NCBI GenBank assembly: GCA_963762145.1
Contig: CAVXJS010000012.1
Location: 1 to 19,919 of the forward strand
Direction: 5' to 3'
Origin: an uncultured Candidatus Rokubacteria bacterium
GTDB taxonomy: Bacteria > Methylomirabilota > Methylomirabilia > Rokubacteriales > CSP1-6
Length of the DNA: 19,919 bases
The first letter of the stretch is position 1; each line of letters begins with the position of its first letter. The notes under the pieces are model-generated. The model saw only the letters and a program-made list of their open reading frames with translations. It was not told where the DNA came from and searched no databases. The translations under genes and the position numbers were made by a program. Positions 18,849 through 19,919 of this stretch are shown here, in pieces.

Positions 18849-19588
18849 CCGGAAGGCCCCCCGAAGATGCGCGCCGTCGCCGACGCGTCCAGCGACTCGG
18901 GCGGTCCGTCGTGGACCACCCGCCCCCGGCTGAGCCCGATGACCCGCCGGCCATAGGTCTGGGCGAGCTCGAGGACGTGAAGCGACGTCACCACCGTGAT
19001 GCCGTCCTCCTCGTTGATCCGGCGCAAGAGCTCCATCACGGTGTGGGCCAGCGCGGGGTCGAGGCTCGACATCGGCTCGTCGGCCAGGACCACGGCCGGT
19101 TCCTGGAGCAGCGCTCGCGCGATCGCCACTCGCTGCTGCTGGCCGCCCGAGAGCGTGTCCACGCGACGATCGGCGAGGCCGTCGAGGCCCACCCGCGTCA
19201 GGATGGCGTGCGCCCGCGCGACCTCGGCGTGCTCGAACCATCCCCCGAGCGACCGCCAGCGCGAGGCGCGCGTGAGCCCGCCGAGCAGCGCGTTCTCCAG
19301 CACGGTGAGCCGGCGCTGGAGGTTGAACTGCTGGAACACGAAGCCGATGCGCGCGCGTACGCGCCGCAGCGTCTCGGGCGAGGCTCCGGTCACCGCGTCG
19401 TCGCCGATCCGCACTTCCCCGGCGGTCGGGATCACGAGGCCGTTCAGGCACCGCAGGAGGGTGGACTTGCCCGCTCCGCTCGGCCCGATGAGAGCCACGA
19501 ACTCTCCCGGGGCCACGTCGAGATCCACGCCGTCCAGCGCGCGCGTCCCGCCCGCGTAGTCCTGGCGCAGCCCGCGGACGCGGATCAC
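18845..19588 (-). CDS. phnC: Phosphonate/phosphite ABC transporter ATP-binding protein
   Basis: Walker A GPSGAGKSTLLRCLNGL, IGFVFQQFNL, LSGGQQQRVAIARAL, LADEPMSSLDP and SLH switch. GTG 19588 overlaps the HIT stop. Confidence 0.92.
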   Translation of the reverse strand: MIRVRGLRQDYAGGTRALDGVDLDVAPGEFVALIGPSGAGKSTLLRCLNGLVIPTAGEVRIGDDAVTGASPETLRRVRARIGFVFQQFNLQRRLTVLENALLGGLTRASRWRSLGGWFEHAEVARAHAILTRVGLDGLADRRVDTLSGGQQQRVAIARALLQEPAVVLADEPMSSLDPALAHTVMELLRRINEEDGITVVTSLHVLELAQTYGRRVIGLSRGRVVHDGPPESLDASATARIFGGPSG

Positions 19589-19914
19589 CGGCGGCCGGCG
19601 GTGAAGTGGAAGTGGACGTGGTAGACGACCTGCCCGCCCTCGGGCCCCGTGTTGCAGGATACGCGATAGCCCCGCTCGGCGTAGCCGGTGCGCTCGCCGA
19701 GGAGCCGCGCGACCTGCATGCACCGACCGATCACCTCGGTGTCGCCCGGCTCGAGCCGGGCGAGGGATTCGATGTGCCGCCTCGGGACGATCAGCAGGTG
19801 GATCGGCGCCTTGGGGTACAGATCCCGGAAGGCCAGCACCTGATCGTCCTCGTACTCGATCTCGGCCGGGCTTTCCTTCGCGGCGATGCGGCAGAAGACG
19901 CAGCTCTGGGTCAC
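19585..19914 (-). CDS. hinT: Histidine triad (HIT/HINT) nucleotide-binding protein
   Basis: CVFCRI, AFRDLYPKAPIHLLIVP and GGQVVYHVHFH triad; 109 aa. Confidence 0.93.
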   Translation of the reverse strand: MTQSCVFCRIAAKESPAEIEYEDDQVLAFRDLYPKAPIHLLIVPRRHIESLARLEPGDTEVIGRCMQVARLLGERTGYAERGYRVSCNTGPEGGQVVYHVHFHFTAGRR

Positions 19915-19919
19915 GGGGC

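Noticed and set aside
18849-19723. Extended starts for phnE (19451) and phnC (19723)
   Set aside because: The extensions overlap the upstream genes out of frame; GTGA-coupled starts at 18848 and 19588 give normal-length proteins.

Overview
A very GC-rich bacterial chromosomal segment; gene style suggests Rokubacteria/Methylomirabilota, but that is inference only. Bases 9-16662 are one minus-strand run, in transcription order: M16 peptidase pair (one active HXXEH subunit, one degenerate), rhomboid protease, a possible 38-aa uORF, tlyA, nadK, recN, secA, smc, rodZ-like, ftsY, ribD. The right end carries a minus-strand hinT-phnC-phnE unit. Between these sits the only credible plus-strand gene (16928-18028): a secreted 366-aa protein with 32 near-identical xQDIQAPR octapeptides between two Cys-bearing helical ends. 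It has a sigma54-type promoter, a perfect IHF site and its own terminator, and it is divergent from the exported M16 peptidase pair. This is the best candidate for an undescribed system (a multi-copy peptide precursor plus processing proteases). rodZ, nadK and tlyA contain frameshifts that look like sequencing or assembly indels. No rRNA, tRNA, CRISPR array or mobile element was seen.
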